In this document: positions 38,724-51,871 of the stretch, one piece after another
How the letters are laid out: every line of letters starts with the position of its first letter
Numbering within the stretch: position 1 is the stretch's first letter
Assembly: GCF_009834535.1 (NCBI RefSeq)
Contig: NC_045707.1
Span: forward strand, 57,414,001-57,478,000
DNA: 64,000 nt
From: Camelus ferus
Lineage: Eukaryota
Reading direction: 5' to 3'
The notes under the pieces: model-generated
Told to the model about the DNA's origin: nothing
What the model saw: only the letters and a program-made list of their open reading frames with translations
The model's database searches: none
Position numbers and translations under genes: made by a program

Positions 38724-40854
38724 TGTATGCCCAGTTGTTTGTCCAAGTGAAGGGGCAGTCCATCACACCTAAGGCATCTAAGGACAGATTACATGTCACG
38801 CTGGCCCTTCATACAAATGACCAGTTGAATGGCCAGTTTTCTTCAGTAAAATGTAGTTATTGAAATGTAAGCCTTCTCCTGAAGTTTTAATCAAAAGTAG
38901 CCATTCCTAAGACTTAGAGAGGACCCATGTGGTTCTCTAAAGGTTCACTGAAGCCAGAGGGAAGAAGAAAAAAATTACCAGAACTTGTGTTAATGCTTTT
39001 TATTATTAATGATCATATTAGAGCCACTGACATGTCCAAAATCACATTAAAGATGTATCAGCTTGCTCCTGCATGAAGCTCAATCTTTAATACTACAAAC
39101 AAATGAGATATTAAAAGCTAGGGGAAAAATCGTTACTATTTATTCATCAGTGACCCTGGTAAATTTTAGTTCTTTCCCTTGGCCGGGTTAGTGCCCAGAT
39201 TTTTCCAAACGCTCTCCTGCTCTGATTTTGAAGGCAAATATACAGAGCATAGTTCAGTAAAAGAATACCCCAACCTCTTCACTGAGGCATTTACATTTTG
39301 ATTCTGTTGCCATTTGAAGTAGAACATCCACAGAGAGATAATGAGCTTAAATTACAATTGACTTTGGAAAGAATAACAGATTTTGTGCTTCCTCAATCAC
39401 GTAATCAATAGGAAATTCTCTAGTTATGCGAGCTACCACTATCTTTTAAGACAATGCTGAGATCTAAATGCAAAAATCTATCATTCAGGGGCTTTTTAAG
39501 AATTCAAGGCTGTCTCTGAAGAACTTGGTTAGAGATGGATTACACCAAATTACAAAAGCAGTTTTCAACCATGGCAAAATCAAAGTGATCTGATCTCAGT
39601 TCATTTCACTCGGCTGTGCCTGCAGGACTCTGAGACACTGGGATACTTTACCTGCATTATTTTTAACATCCGTAGATATTTGTGGATGTGTGGATAATGC
39701 CTGAACTTCTCATCTTTGGGCTAGTTTGTGTTTATCACACAGACACAGCTTGTTAGTAAGACCAGCTTTAACAACAATGTGAGGTAAAACTCAATGGTCT
39801 AAAGATTCAGGGAGGCCAACATAAGGCAAAATCTCCCCAAACATGGGGTACTCCTATTCATCTCGTCCCTCTCTAGGTCAAAATCCATGAGAAAGGGCTG
39901 AACCTGCCTTGTGGACTGCTGTATCCCTGGATCTGGGATAATGCCCCGCACAATATAGGCACTCAATATTTGTTGAATGAATGAACAATTAAATAGGTGG
40001 ATAGACAAGTAAATGAAGTTTGTCTTCTGATAATCTGAAAAATTTCAGCAACTTACACTGATTGGCACTATAATTTCTGAGTTATATAGTTAGAACTAGA
40101 ATTGACTCTTCATAAATACTTTTTAGACATTTGAATTTGGAACCAATTACTTCAAAGGCTACTAACAAGGGTTTGAGGACAGTTAGATAAGGAATAATGT
40201 TTGGGGATTCGGAGTTTTTACAGTGAGTAAAACTCAGCCTTTCTAGTTATTTATGAAAGCCCCTTGAGTTACATGCAAGGATGACCCAAACACAGAACTC
40301 CATTTATAAATTTTGTGAACTATTATGTTTTCATCTTTAAAAAAAAGAAAATTCACATCATCATGCATATTACTAACATCCCCTTCAATGTTTATTAGCA
40401 ACTTCTAAGTTCATCATAATTGGAGACACCATCTCTAAATCCTCTCCTGCTTTCAAAAGATCACTTCTTATTTGCTTCCTAGAATGTACCTAATCACAAA
40501 GCTGTTAAGACTTCTCCATGTGTTTATTCATCTAACAGATACTTACTGTGCACCTGGTACATGCTAGGTTCTGGAAACAGAATAGCCAACAAGACAGACA
40601 TGGTGCCCCCAGGGAGTCTGCCATGAGGAACTCCTCAACATTTACTCTAGTGGTAACTGGGGTTGACTGTCCATTGTGTCCTTCTTCACAGCTGATAGAA
40701 GAAATAAAATCCCCGATCCTGTGGAAATCGTAAAAGACTCCCTGTGCATATCTACTCGAGGCTGCATTTCTAAATACCCTACTCAAGAATGCTGCTCCAT
40801 TTATCCATACACCATAGTCACACCCCAGTGACAGCTTATCCATAACTAATACTC

Positions 40855-41050
40855 ACTTAGCTCTTACGAGGTTCGACTGTGCTCAGTCCATTCGTAGACT
40901 ATCTCACTGAATCCCTTCAACAACTCTGTTCAGTAGGTCCTGTTTTATAGACAAGAAAACAAGCACAGCTATGTGACCTCTCCAAGGTCACAGAGTTAGC
41001 ACATGGAACTGGGGTTTGACCCCACACAGTATAACACAAGAGCTCATGTG
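40855..41050 (-). mobile_element. MIR within the putative 3' UTR
   Basis: gttttatagacaagaaaac...gtgacctctccaaggtcacagagttag. Confidence 0.7.
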
Positions 41051-41596
41051 TATAAGCATCATCAGTGGCTTGGTGGACACCATTACATTAAAATACATGT
41101 CAGAAAAATAAGTGTCACTGTATGTAAAAGTACTTTGATATTGTAAAGTAGAATACAAAAAGATACTAGTAAATTATGATCAACAATCCACATCAGTGGC
41201 AGAAACAGAGTGAGATCTCAATCTTACGTTACAGCTTAATCTCATGAAGACTATTTCAGGCCAGGGACATGGATAAAAGTACAGATCTAGAAAATTTCTG
41301 ACGTGATAAATATTGCATTGACTTTTCAGAATTATTTGTTGTTAGCCACTGTGTCTATTTGGTGCTACAAAAAAAAAATGGAAAGAAACAAAATCCCTTG
41401 CTGTAAGGGCTTATGATAAATACACAGTGTGGAGATGAATCAAGGGTATTTCGCATTTATGGGGAAAGATTGGGCGATAGTACTATTTTCTCACCATTGC
41501 ATGTGATCTTGTCTACTTGTTTTTGTTATTTTTCTGAAAGAGCTGCAAAATTGTGCAGTGGTTCAAGCTGACCAAAGTGGTATTATGCTGCTGGGA

Positions 41597-41602
41597 AGTA
41601 AA
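41597..41602 (+). terminator. Candidate distal poly(A) signal (AGTAAA variant)
   Basis: AGTAAA ends a non-repetitive U-rich block and lies just before the SINE and intergenic repeats. Confidence 0.4.
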
Positions 41603-41786
41603 AGTATCAGATACCAGACTGGAAGTATTGTCTTCATTATCAAATGACTTTAAGTTCTTTTAAAGCATGAAGATAGAGAAACTTCCAGATGCTGAAGGCA
41701 CCTGAATATTTGGATGTGAAGTTCCTTGTGTTTCTCCATTCCAGACCACACATGCTATTGGGGGGTTAGGTTCTAAAACCAATATG

Positions 41787-41941
41787 GGGGTGTTGGGGGT
41801 GTGGAGGGCATAGTTCAGTGGTAGAGTGTGTGCTTAGCATGCACAAGGTCCTGGGTTCAATCCCCAGTACCTCCATTTAAAAAATAAATAACTAAACCTA
41901 ATTACCTCCCCACAACAACAACAACAAAACAAACAAACAAA
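41787..41941 (+). mobile_element. tRNA-Ala-derived camelid SINE (Vic-1 type)
   Basis: A box tagttcagtggtaga, tgcttagcatgca, B box ggttcaatcc, then aaacctaattacctcccc and an A-rich tail. Imperfect TSD aaaccaatatg/aaacaatatg. Confidence 0.88.
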
Positions 41942-44900
41942 CAATATGAAAGGCAAAAATTGAGATTGGTCTCACATGATTACCACAATCAGGTAGACCA
42001 GTGTCCACGCCTGTGGGAACAGTAAACTCATGGCTTTCATCTCATTCACTAACAAAGAGAAATCATACTCATTATTAAAATTTTTTTTGTCTCCTGCCCT
42101 CCCAGCTATAGTGTAGCACGTGGTACAGCATAAATGCTGGTTCATATTGGTGGAAGAAAGGAGTCTTCTTAAGAAAACTTTTTATTACGTCATCGTTCTT
42201 TCCTACGACAGACTAATTAATTCCTTCAAATAATTAACATTTTGGAAAGCTTAGCTTTACACAGAATACACCAGTGAATAAGTTCATATGCCTTTTGTCC
42301 AAAATCAAACTTTGCTTTTCTCTGCTTCCCTCTGACTCCTTTATTTCTACTGATGGTATTACCATTCTCTATTCAAATGTAGTCATCTCTCTCACTTGCC
42401 ATTCACATCAGGTCTTAGATTCTTTAGATTTTACTTTGACAAAGTCTCTTGAAACTATTTTCTCTTACCTTTTCTTGCTGTTGCTACCTTTGAAAAGAAC
42501 CGCAGTAATTTTTACTAGGACTTCTGTGAACTTTTAACTTTTCCTAATTACCATGCCTCCACATAAATATTTTTTCCTATATATTGATGCTTGATAACTC
42601 CCCCTGAAGCTATGAGTTTGCTCAAAATCCTCCAAAGGGTCTCCCATCAAAAAAAAAAAAAAAATTTCTAGTCAAGAGTCTCTGAACCAAAACACTGACA
42701 TGATGTTGCAGAAGAACATTATAGTGCCCTCCTATTCACAAGGGCAAAATGTAGAACATGAAATGTGATGATGCTGAACTCCAGTACGTGGACTGTGAAA
42801 TAGAAGCTACAGGGTTCCATGACATGGAGAAATATCGCAAGTTTTTCTTCAGGATGAAATTGAATACAAAGACTAGCAGTGTTTGTGTTGAAGATACAAG
42901 AAAGTGTCGATTATGACCCACCAATTCCAAAGTATTTGTTTGGGATGGGGTGTGTGCGTGTGTGAGAATGTGCAGGGCTAACATAGTGTGTGGACTAACA
43001 GGCTAACATTAGGAACAAGTTTGGCTGGAAATGTGTATTTCGTGACTGTACAGCACTGCTTTTTTAAACTTGTTCTATCTTGTCATCCAAGTTGACCACT
43101 ACCTAGTCCTGGAAACTATCCTAAACTTTTCTTCCCCTGAGCTTTTGATTATTTCTGAAATGCCTCTTTCCTTCCCCTGAAAAAAATCCTCAACTTTTTA
43201 GGCCCATTTCAGATGGTCCTTTCTTCCAAGAAGCTCCTTCTGATTTTTCCAGGTTGATGTTAGTTATCAACTCCATCATCAAATCCCATTGTGATCTTTA
43301 TTCGCCTTCTTAGCTTTTTTCTTAGCTTGTCTTATGATACACCCTTTTGTGTCTTTACCACTTTAATTTCCCCTGCAGTTAGTACTTACATATGGAGTGG
43401 GCGCTTAATATTTCATAAAAGGAATTACCTTTCACTTGTCAACTTCACAGAATGGCATCTGGATTATTTTGGGGTCTATCTCAGTTCTTGGTAGCTCACC
43501 CACGAAGTTCATCTGAAATGAGAACTGAATACCAGATACTTTTGAAGAGAAAAAAAGCCTTAATTATTGAGTATTTTGATTTAAAAAAAAAAGAACATAA
43601 AGATAAAAGTGGTAATCCTTATCACTTATTTCCTAGGTTTTTCTGATCTGATTTTTATTCTCAGGATGAATGTGAAGGTTGATGTAAACATTTTAGAAGA
43701 CCACCATCACCACCACCACCACCTCTACACACATAGACTGATTTATCACTGCTGATTTATCCCCACATACTTGGTTGCTTATTCCATGGGAAAAACGATG
43801 AAGGGTAAAGTTGGGTTTCAAGCCAGCAGTCAGACAAACAAGAAGGGCACCATAATATTACTTTCAACTGGACAACAGTCCTGTGTGGTGGTCCTGTCTA
43901 TTGCTGCTCTCCCACAGAACACAAACTACCCACTCTTCATTAGTCTTCCCCCAATACCCGCTAAGCCACTGCATGAGGAATGGGAGATTGCAAACTAATT
44001 ACTATTGTCTCCACTGCTTTAGCTTATATAGAAAAATAAGAGTTAATTGAAGCCAAAACATTTAACTAAGCCTTAGTCACACATTGTGTTCTTTTGTGTT
44101 GCCAACACAAAGTTTTACCTGAGCATGACATTTATATAACAAACATGTTCAACATGATATTAATTTAGCACCCCCCGGCCCCAAGGGCAAAAAACACAAT
44201 ATCCTAAAGGAAACTCTCCACACATAGACTAAGACCTGTACTGTTTTTTCATTCTGTAAGTTAGAATGATCACAAACAGAACTTTAAGAAATATCCCATG
44301 TGAATACAACATAATTTCAAAGACTTTAATTGCTACCTGCCCAATAAATCTTGCTTCCTGTGGGCTTTTGTACATTAACTGCATTTTGTATCTAAAAAGG
44401 CTACAAGTGTGAAAGCCTGACTGGTTTATGCAGAAGGAGACCCACAGAGGGTCTGTATCTGAATTTTTTATAACAGAACTTTCCAGCTTCCGGTCCTCAG
44501 CTTTGCAGATCCAGGCTCATTTGTTTTTTCTAGGAAACCCAGGGACACTCTCATCTAACACCTGTTTTCTCAGAATAATTACTAAACAGTACCCCCTTTA
44601 ACTCTCAGAAGTACCCAATTTAGATAACACATTACCTGGAAATGATAAAGTTCTAGAATGATGGTTTCTATTAACCTTCTTCAGTTCACAGGATGATTGG
44701 AAGGATTCCATATTGCTGCAAGGCACCAAAACAAGACTCAATAGAACTTGAGTAAAAAAGAGAATTCACTACTGCTTAATCAGGCCAGACCCAGGGTCTC
44801 AATGTTGATAGAATTTTCACCTCTTCTTACCTCTCTCTGTCAGCTCAACTTTGTCTCCTCTTTTGGTTTGTGGTCCTTAATCTCCTTGCTTGTCAGTTTC

Positions 44901-45374
44901 TCTCACTTGTCTGTTCCTCTCCTAGTCCTTGCAGCCCCAGATATATATCCTTATAGCTCTTAATCTAAGAAGAAAATTAGACTTTTTCTCAGAGTCGATT
45001 TTGTACAGGTAGCCTTTGAATGGCCCTGTTTGGCTCTGGTGCTTATCTTCTGAGGGAAGCACTATGGGAAAAAACGGCATGAGTGGCCAGGCTTGATCAC
45101 AGCCTCATGTCTACCAAGCATCATTGTTAGCTGTAGGGAAACCATGAAGAGTCACACACTAACAGTTCTACTACAATGCAAGCTAGGAAGAGAACTACAA
45201 ACTGGACACAGATATCAAAAAGGCAGTTCAATTACAGATGGATAACATGATACCCAAAGAAAGTAGAAAAATCTTAGAAGAGATACTAGTTGAAATAGAT
45301 GGTAAAACGTTGCATGAGATTTGACAAATATGGAAGGAGTCTAGAAGAGTGTTAAGATAGACATTGATTGGAGG

Positions 45375-45845
45375 AGGAGTACTACCCCAAATCTTGGCTG
45401 AAAACAAGACTCGTTTATTTAGTTCTTAATTCTGAAGCTCGCCAATTTAGGCTGGGCTCAGACAGGCAGCTCTTGTGGGTTTGGCTGGCTGGGCTTCCCC
45501 GTGTGTCCATAATCAGTTGCATAACAGCTCAGCACCAGCAGCTCAGCTGCTAGGTTGGCAGACTCCCAGCCAAGGTGCCTCAGCAATCCTACACATGGTG
45601 TCTTTCCTCCAATAGGCTGGTTGGTGCCTGCTCCCATGGCAAAGGGAAGGGATTCAAGAGAAAGCAAAAGTCCACAAAGCCTTTTGAGAATTAGGCTCAG
45701 ACTGACACAGTGTCACCTCCACCACAATCTATTGACCAAAACAAGCCACAAGGCGAGCCGAGATTCAAGAATGTGGGGGGGGTGGGGGGGTGGGATAATG
45801 TTTTTATTTTTTGAAAGGAGAAGTTCATTGCAAAGAGGACAAGAA
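45375..45845 (-). mobile_element. Old MaLR MLT1 LTR
   Basis: ggctgggctcag...cacagtgtcacctccaccacaatctattgaccaaaacaagccacaagg. Confidence 0.75.
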
Positions 45846-46211
45846 AAAAATGCATTTTTCACATTCTATAAGTACTTTTATGGAAATAAAATGGGGAAGC
45901 ATCCTAGGTAGGTAAAGTAATAGTTAACAGTTAACATTTATTAAGTGCCTATCATGTGCCAAGCTCTGTTCTAAGAGCTTCACGTATATTAACACATTTT
46001 AATTCCTGCAACATCTTTCATTACAGAGAAAGACTACCTGCATATGGAAGTCTACATGTGGCTTATTATTAGGAAAGGAAACAGCTGAGTCCAAAGTCAG
46101 GAATTCCTGAACTCTGGGCTCCTGTCCCTCATCAGTCAGACTGCCCTGCCCTGCATAGTAGCTGCATGGGGTCTCAGCTGCCTGTGTAGAATGTGACAGC
46201 TAATAGGATGA

Positions 46212-46580
46212 TGCATTAGGATTCTCCAGAGAAACAGAACCAATAGGATATATTTTAGAGAGAGAAGTAGATAAGAGGAGCTTTATTATAGGAATTGGCT
46301 TGTGTGACTATGGAGGCCTAGAAGTCCCATGATCTGCCTTCTGCAAACTGGAGAACCAGGAGCATCTACGTCAGAGTGTAGGAGTAGATGGATGTCTCAA
46401 CCCAAGCAAAATGAGTAAATCCACCCATCCTCTGCTTTTTTTTTTTCTTCTATTCAGGCCCTTAATGGATTGCATGACTACCCACCAGCAGGGGTGAGGG
46501 TGATCTTTACTCCGTCTACTGATTCAAATACTAATCCCTCCCAGAAACAGTATTTTACCAGGTCTCTTCTGGGCGTCACA
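46212..46580 (-). mobile_element. ERVL MLT2-type LTR
   Basis: attaggattctccagagaaacagaaccaatagga...tttattataggaattggct...gaagtcccatgatctgc. Confidence 0.88.
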
Positions 46581-46777
46581 GGTGGTTTCAATCTTTTCCT
46601 CTCAAACAGAATGCAATCTACTGAGGTAGATATAATACAAAACTGAGAGTATTATTTTTCTATTGGCCAGAATTCTGGCCAAGGTCTGAAGCTGAAATCA
46701 GAATTTACCATTATTCCCATAATCTAAAGAAAGCCTTGGGCTGTCAACTCACTTCAATACCTCTCATACCATTACAA

Positions 46778-46782
<5 letters not shown>

Positions 46783-46819
<37 letters not shown>
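46783..46819. repeat. (GA)n microsatellite
   Basis: Perfect AG run. Confidence 0.95.
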
Positions 46820-46823
<4 letters not shown>

Positions 46824-47989
46824 TAGTTTTTGGAGACAGAGTTTACCATCTCCACTTTCACTCCCATCTAGGCCAAGCCATGTGAGAGAGGGTAGCTTCA
46901 ATACAATCTCTCATAAAGATGCAAAGATGACTTTAAGAAAAAAAAGCATCACTAGAAACCCACTCCTCAGCTGAATGATTGCTGAGTTGTAGAAATCTGT
47001 TGTTCTCTGATGTTGCACTGGTTCTGTAGCTGAGTACCATGAGATGGTTCTTAGGAGAGCTTTGAAATACATCCCTTGAGGTGTGGGGATATATATGAAC
47101 AGAGATTGAAGATAGGGAGAACTTCTGCAGGGTTGTGCCAGCAAGGCTTGAAGAGAATGTGGTACATGGGAAGAAGATGGAAACAAATCACTTCATTCCA
47201 ATTCCCTGTGGCTCTCAGATTTCACAGATGAGGGCCTCAGAAGTGTCACTGTGTCCGTGTGATGGAATACAGAACTTAGAGGAGGGGCCTGGATGTTACA
47301 TCAATGTCAAGTTACTGTACAAGCTTCTAAATGCTCATTCTCACTTATTTTGCCTCTGAGTAGCAAACCTTGTGGGTCAAATTAAGTCTAATCGACCACA
47401 TTTTGAAGAGCACAGCTTATGTACACTGTGCAGAAGAACTGTGTATCAAACATAAAGATTGTAGTTTTAAATAGAATCAGATTTAATTTCAATAAAATAA
47501 GCTACCAGAAAATTGTGGAAACTGTCCATGGTATTGCCATGATTGCGGGGGTGGGGTGGGGGGTACTCAACAAAGCATTGCTGGGAAAAGGTTAGAAACA
47601 AAAAGCAAAAAAAAAAAACAAAAAACAACAACAAAAAAACAAAACCCACAAAATTTAGAGATTCTTCAATAAACCCATAAACCTATCATAATTCTTTTAC
47701 ATTCTAATTTTAAACTTACGGTTTCCTTTTGTGAGTGCTTACCTGTGAATAAAGTCCAACCCCCGCAAAGGACTTGCTTCAAAATTTGACCAGTCAGGTA
47801 GCAGTGTGACCTAGCAAAGGGCTCGCTGCCCCAAGCTGAGAGAAGCCAATGTACTACAGCGACCTGCAGGAGCTGAGAGGTGCAGCTCAAATCTCAGTCC
47901 CCATCTGGGAGGCAGTCAAGCTCTTACGAAGTTAGGGGAGGAGGTTTGGTATGTGCAAGCACTGGCAGGGCAGGTTTCCTTGGAGGGCT

Positions 47990-48290
47990 TTGAAACTCGG
48001 CCCTTTACGGTAAGATACGGTAAAGAACCACACCTTCCTGGACAGCGGAGACCTAGCTTCTGAAAGTGTTCCTGCATTCAGGTTCCGGTCACGGCCTGGT
48101 CCGTTGGTTCTCCGAAACTTTGGTTCCGGGTGTTGTCAGAATTTCTCCCTCTTGCGCATGCTCCGGCTGCATGACTTGGCGGTTTTGTTCTTTCGCGGCT
48201 GAAAGACAACTCAGTATCTTGTTACAAACAGAATAAGGTCAGTTGAGGGCTGGTACGGTGGTTACCAGCAGCCTGCTGTGATGCGATTTC
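47990..48290. promoter_or_regulatory. CpG-enriched promoter-like element
   Basis: Local CpG cluster; ETS-like ttccgg at 48083-48088 and 48124-48129; NRF1-like tgcgcatgc at 48153-48161. Confidence 0.5.
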
Positions 48291-48313
48291 TTTTGTGTTA
48301 TTTCTCTTCATCG

Positions 48314-48922
48314 TGTATGAAACTCATAGCGTTTAACCTAAGTACTTCAAGATGGAGTCGCGGTGGCCAATGTGAATTTGCATATTAGATGTTTTGAAAC
48401 ATCCGGTATAGGACTGTGAGAATGTTAAAGTCTTACCTGAGATAAGAAATGTGTTTGGTAATATCAATGGAACGACTTCTCTGGACCAGAAGGAGATCCC
48501 ATGAAGACTAGACCCCACCGGGCATAATTATTACACCCGACTAGCAGACTGCTTTAAATGAGACCAAGAGATACCTGACCGGACTCTAAGCTGTTGAGAG
48601 CGGGTCTCCACGCCGGAGGCTCTGCTCTGAGAGAGCAGAGGCAACTTCTCAGTGATCCTGAGACCTGCTGCTGGACTGGGGGACCACCTCTCCTGCTGAG
48701 ACACCTCCTTCCTGGATCTCTGCAGAGTGGTTCGTTACCTCCTTTTCTCTTTCTTCTTTACATGACTAGCCTGTCTTGTGTGATTGTGTGCCATAAACTG
48801 AGTGATTTGTCAATTGAATATTCACTGCACTTTGTGTATCTCCAATCTCGTGGTTCTTACTTAGCCTTACTTTACTGCTGGGTCCTGCCATACAGCCCTG
48901 GGTGGTATTGTTATTTGTAACA
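48314..48922 (+). mobile_element. Probable solo LTR (family not identified)
   Basis: TG...gtaaCA ends, caagatggag and ccaat near the 5' end, and a pyrimidine-rich R/U5-like region with cataaa. Confidence 0.4.
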
Positions 48923-48928
48923 AAAATA

Positions 48929-49264
48929 CAGTCAGCCGTATGTATCTTCCTATTCTGCATCCAAGGATTTGACCAACCTCAGATAGAAAATATTGGGGAA
49001 AAAATTACAGAAATTTCCAAAAAGCAAAACTTAAGTTTGCCACATGCAAACATGTCATTTACATTTTATTTACAATTATTTACGTAACATTTATGTTTTA
49101 ATAGGTATTAAAAGTAATCTAGAGATGACAAAGTACATAGAAGGATGTGATGCATAGGTTATATACAAATACTAAACCATTTTATTTGAGACTTAAGCAT
49201 CCTTGGGTTTTGGTATCCCTGGGGGTCTGGGTACCAATCCCCCCTGAATACCTGGGGAAGACTA
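48929..49264 (+). mobile_element. MER2 (TcMar-Tigger)
   Basis: TA-flanked cagtcagcc...ctgcatccaaggatttgaccaacc...ataggttatatacaaatact...ttttggtatcc...ccaatcccc. Confidence 0.88.
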
Positions 49265-49267
49265 TAT

Positions 49268-49388
49268 TTGTTCTGTGAACCCTTTCCTAGCACAAAGATC
49301 CTAAAGCCCTTGGTATTTCCTGTGCTGAGAGCAAGAAAGGTGTCTTTTTGTTATGTTAATGAGATAACTTTCAGAAAGCCCCCAGGTC
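49268..49388. mobile_element. MER21-like LTR fragment
   Basis: ttcctagcacaaagatcctaaagcccttggtatttcctg...gtctttttgttatgttaatgag. Confidence 0.6.
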
Positions 49389-49526
49389 TTTATCCTTAGA
49401 GGAAACTGAATCACAATTGAGTGTGTTTGTGTATGTGAAAAAGAGAGAGAGAGACAGAGAGAGACTTTGCTTTATAAGAGTTGAGAAGAGACTCACAATT
49501 GGTAACAGATACAGTGAAGGTGTATA

Positions 49527-51152
49527 TAGGGGTAGATTCTGGTTTTGAGGGGCCTGAAGTTTATACTGAGGGGAGATAGAAAACGAAGTATTTTAAGAAA
49601 AATCACAAATAAATAATAGGTGGAAAAACTGAGCAATTAGAGTGAGACTAGAATCATAAGAAATTCTAAATTTTCACAACTTGATAAATACCACAAAATC
49701 CAGATATTATATAATTGTATTTATAAATGACCTGAAGTGACCATTTTTTTCCCCTAACTTTCCCTTTCATGTTCTTTTCTTTCTTTTTGCTGTTTGCTTT
49801 TGAATTGCCTCTTGATACAACATTGATTTTATAACATTTTCCATGGAAAGAATAGATAGAAAACTCAGCAATCTCCTCTAAACTGGTTGATTAAACTTTG
49901 CTTTTTATTTTTGGTGGTTTAGAAGAGTTTCTTACAACTTCATAACGTGATGTTTGGGACATCAAATTAATTTTTTAGGACCATGGTTAGACTTGGAAAA
50001 CCTTCTGTCATATATAAGCTAAAAATTCTCAGGGCAGATTTTGCTCAGTGATTTCTCTTAACATTAATTCTGTTTGAATCGACAATACTTGTAAAAAATT
50101 AATAAAAAGAAACCTCAGTTAAATAAAGTGGAGAGACCAGAATAGAGAGGTCTTATGTCCTGAAGGAGCCCAACAGGAGGAAGAAAGACTCCTCTTCTTT
50201 CCTGGCAAGGACTCAGCCAGTGAAGAGCCACGGACTCTGTTTGGTACAGCCTCCCAACTTCCTTTTCCTCTCTATAGAATTGTTCTTCCCTTGCTATGCA
50301 GAGACTTGCACGTGGCTCTCTGTGGTTACAGAACCCGTATTGCAATTCTCTGCTGATATGAGTAAACCTTGCTGGAGAAATAATCTGGCAGTCTATTTAC
50401 TTTAGGTCAACACTCTCTAAACAGTTTGTTACTGATGTCCTTACTGTAGTGATCATGCATGATCAGTTTTTATGATTTTCTTCCTCTGTCAGTATTTCTT
50501 TTCAAATCAGAAAGAAATGTTTATCTTTTCCCACTCTGTTCATAGGAAATACTTCCCTTTGGATAATCTATCAAACTAGGAGCCTACTTATTACTTTGAT
50601 TCAAGCTTATCTTTTCCTCTTAATGACTACTCTTTTGGATATGATCTGATTTTTGTTGTTTTCGTTGTTATAAGTTATGCCTCAATATCAGATTAATTTG
50701 TATTAATTTTGTCACTTATTTTTGTGATCTTTTCTTTTCATATGTCCCTCATATGAATCTGAATGTTCTCTTGGTTCATTATTAAATACATTTTGAAATA
50801 GCAAAATAATATCCACATGTTTTTACATCAAGAGCTTATAATTTCTCATTTGTTTTACTGAAACATTCCAAACTGTCTTTATAAATTACAATTAAGATGG
50901 AGTATCTGCTGTTCAGCGTGCCCTTGTCCCAAACCCAAAATGCCCAAGGCCACCATAGAGGAAGTATAAAGAAAGGCCAGTCGTAGTGAAAAATGGTTTT
51001 GACAGATTACATTAGAACACTTTATTTTTACAAATCATATCGAAACATATGATGCTGTGAAAACATTTGCTAGGGCCTCTTACAGGGCTGGCTGCTGCCA
51101 GTGAGGAACCCAGAGCTTAAGCCTCATTCGTTTCACAGTCATCCTGCTTCTG
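49527..51152 (-). mobile_element. Arthur1-like hAT (Tip100) DNA transposon, interrupted by an LTR
   Basis: Left end taggggtagattctggttttgaggggcctgaagtttatac and right end agcttaagcctcattcgtttcacagtcatcctgcttctg resemble Arthur1 termini as I recall them. Confidence 0.6.
50090..50412 (+). mobile_element. ERV1-type solo LTR nested in the hAT element
   Basis: tgtaaaaaatt...aggtcaaca termini; ctcagccagtga, ctataga and agtaaa occur in LTR order. Confidence 0.7.
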
Positions 51153-51686
51153 CTTATGGATTTGCAGAGCTACTTACAGATGGGAAGGGTAAACCTACCT
51201 CCTGTTGGGTGTGCATATGTCTTAGGGGATTTGGGGACTTAACGTGCAGGAGAGAAAACCTAGAGAGGAGAAGCTGAGCAGTTGTCTTTCCAGGAATTCT
51301 GGGTTGGACTGAGCAGTTACCACACCGCTTTGGGGCTAGATACCAAAATGGAAAATTATAAAAAGCGAATAATCACTGCCAAGAAAAGCCTGTCCTCTTC
51401 GTGCGCGCGTGTGTGTGTTATGAAAAAGAGTAAGAGAGGAGAGCCTTGGTCTTACCTGTCATCCCAGCAATTCAGAAGCATCTTGGGAAACACCAGTCTC
51501 CCTCCTAGTTCCAAGAGTGACTCTTAATCTTACTTTTCTCCTTTTTTGTTCCCTAATGATTGATGTCCCAGATTATAGCTCTGAATACTAGAAATTAAGC
51601 AAAGAAACATTTTTCTGTATAAATATTAGGCTATCATAATAAAAGAAATATTTAAAGCCTCAATGAAATTAAGAAAACAATGATTT

Positions 51687-51871
51687 GGAGGGAGGGCATA
51701 GCTCAAGTGGTAGAGTGCATGCTTTGCATGCATGAGGTCCTGGGTTCTATCCCCAGTATCTCCTCTAAAAATAAATAAACCTAATTACCCCCCCCTCCGC
51801 CACTGCCAAAACAAAATAATTAAATAATACAGTAATAAATAAATAAAATATAAAAAACAAAATGTTAGGAA
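51687..51871 (+). mobile_element. tRNA-Ala-derived camelid SINE (Vic-1 type)
   Basis: Same head and aaacctaattacc tail as the 41787 copy; perfect 16-bp TSD aagaaaacaatgattt at 51671-51686 and 51872-51887. Confidence 0.92.

Larger units (their letters stand above)
36352..41620 (+). other. LIN7A: LIN7A terminal exon / long 3' UTR (3' end approximate)
   Basis: Strong acceptor. The opening sequence (aaagctacttgatcaaacatcc...gaaaccgtgcttcagaatcccagcacatag) resembles my recollection of the human LIN7A 3' UTR. The end is inferred from AGTAAA at 41597-41602 after a cluster of miRNA seed matches. Confidence 0.7.

Noticed and set aside
41800..41875. Apparent tRNA-Ala(AGC) gene (also 51690-51765)
   Set aside because: Stem mismatches, a shared non-tRNA tail, A-rich ends and TSDs identify these as SINEs.
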